Origin: an uncultured delta proteobacterium | GTDB lineage: Bacteria; Myxococcota; Myxococcia; Myxococcales; Anaeromyxobacteraceae | NCBI GenBank assembly: GCA_963828255.1 | Contig: CAWHDZ010000034.1 | Span: forward strand, 32,001-96,000 | DNA length: 64,000 nt | Direction: 5' to 3' | Shown here: in pieces, positions 63,797 through 64,000 of the stretch | How positions within the stretch are numbered: position 1 is the stretch's first letter | How the letters are laid out: each line of letters opens with the position of its first letter | Notes under the pieces: generated by a model | Seen by the model: the letters and a program-made list of their open reading frames with translations, nothing else | Databases searched by the model: none | What the model was told of the DNA's origin: nothing | Translations under genes and position numbers: made by a program

Positions 63797-64000
63797 GTGA
63801 TCCCCGCCGCCCTCGACCGCCTCGCCGGGATCCCCGCCGCGCGCGCGCTCGAGGAGGCTGCCGCCCACCTCGGCGGCGCACCGTCGGCGCTCCTCTCCGG
63901 GCTGGTCCTCGACGGCAGGCTCCTCGAGGCCATCGCGGCGCGCGCCCAGGACGGGGCCCGCGGGTCCGTTTACACCAGTGGTGAAGAGGCCCGGATCCTG
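63797..64000 (+). CDS. 5' part of a probable N6-adenine DNA methyltransferase / type IIG-like protein
   Basis: VIPAALDRLAG...RAQDGARGSVYTSGEEARIL resembles the G-x-(F/Y)-Y-T-P motif X; truncated by the window; in-frame ATG 63788 is the alternative start. Confidence 0.4.
   Translation, partial: MIPAALDRLAGIPAARALEEAAAHLGGAPSALLSGLVLDGRLLEAIAARAQDGARGSVYTSGEEARIL

Overview
Very GC-rich bacterial chromosome segment; gene content (TIGR02266-type PilZ-REC protein, PEGA Ser/Thr kinase, giant TPR protein, large S41 protease) suggests Myxococcota, Anaeromyxobacter-like (inference). It holds about 55 real genes, including a complete dcw cluster (mraZ to ftsZ, 14.1-32.8 kb, with a STAS-like gene between mraZ and rsmH), epmA, trpB2, alaS, trmB, dusB, gshA, queC, a GMC oxidoreductase pair, an ABC transporter, two c-type cytochromes and an ice-binding (DUF3494) protein. 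I saw no rRNA, tRNA, CRISPR array or transposase. The most striking unexplained signal is a family of ~200-270 bp non-coding 'arms' that always occur as inverted pairs: two giant imperfect fold-back elements (36.65-37.18 kb and 63.0-63.8 kb), and a third pair (32.78 and 33.67 kb) bracketing a small, apparently damaged lipoprotein gene. Other highlights are a secreted coiled-coil protein whose C-terminal domain resembles animal CTHRC1, a histidine kinase with no canonical start that is in frame with gshA across one TAG, and a recurrent leaderless-promoter signature. All assignments come from reading motifs by eye; no database searches were run.
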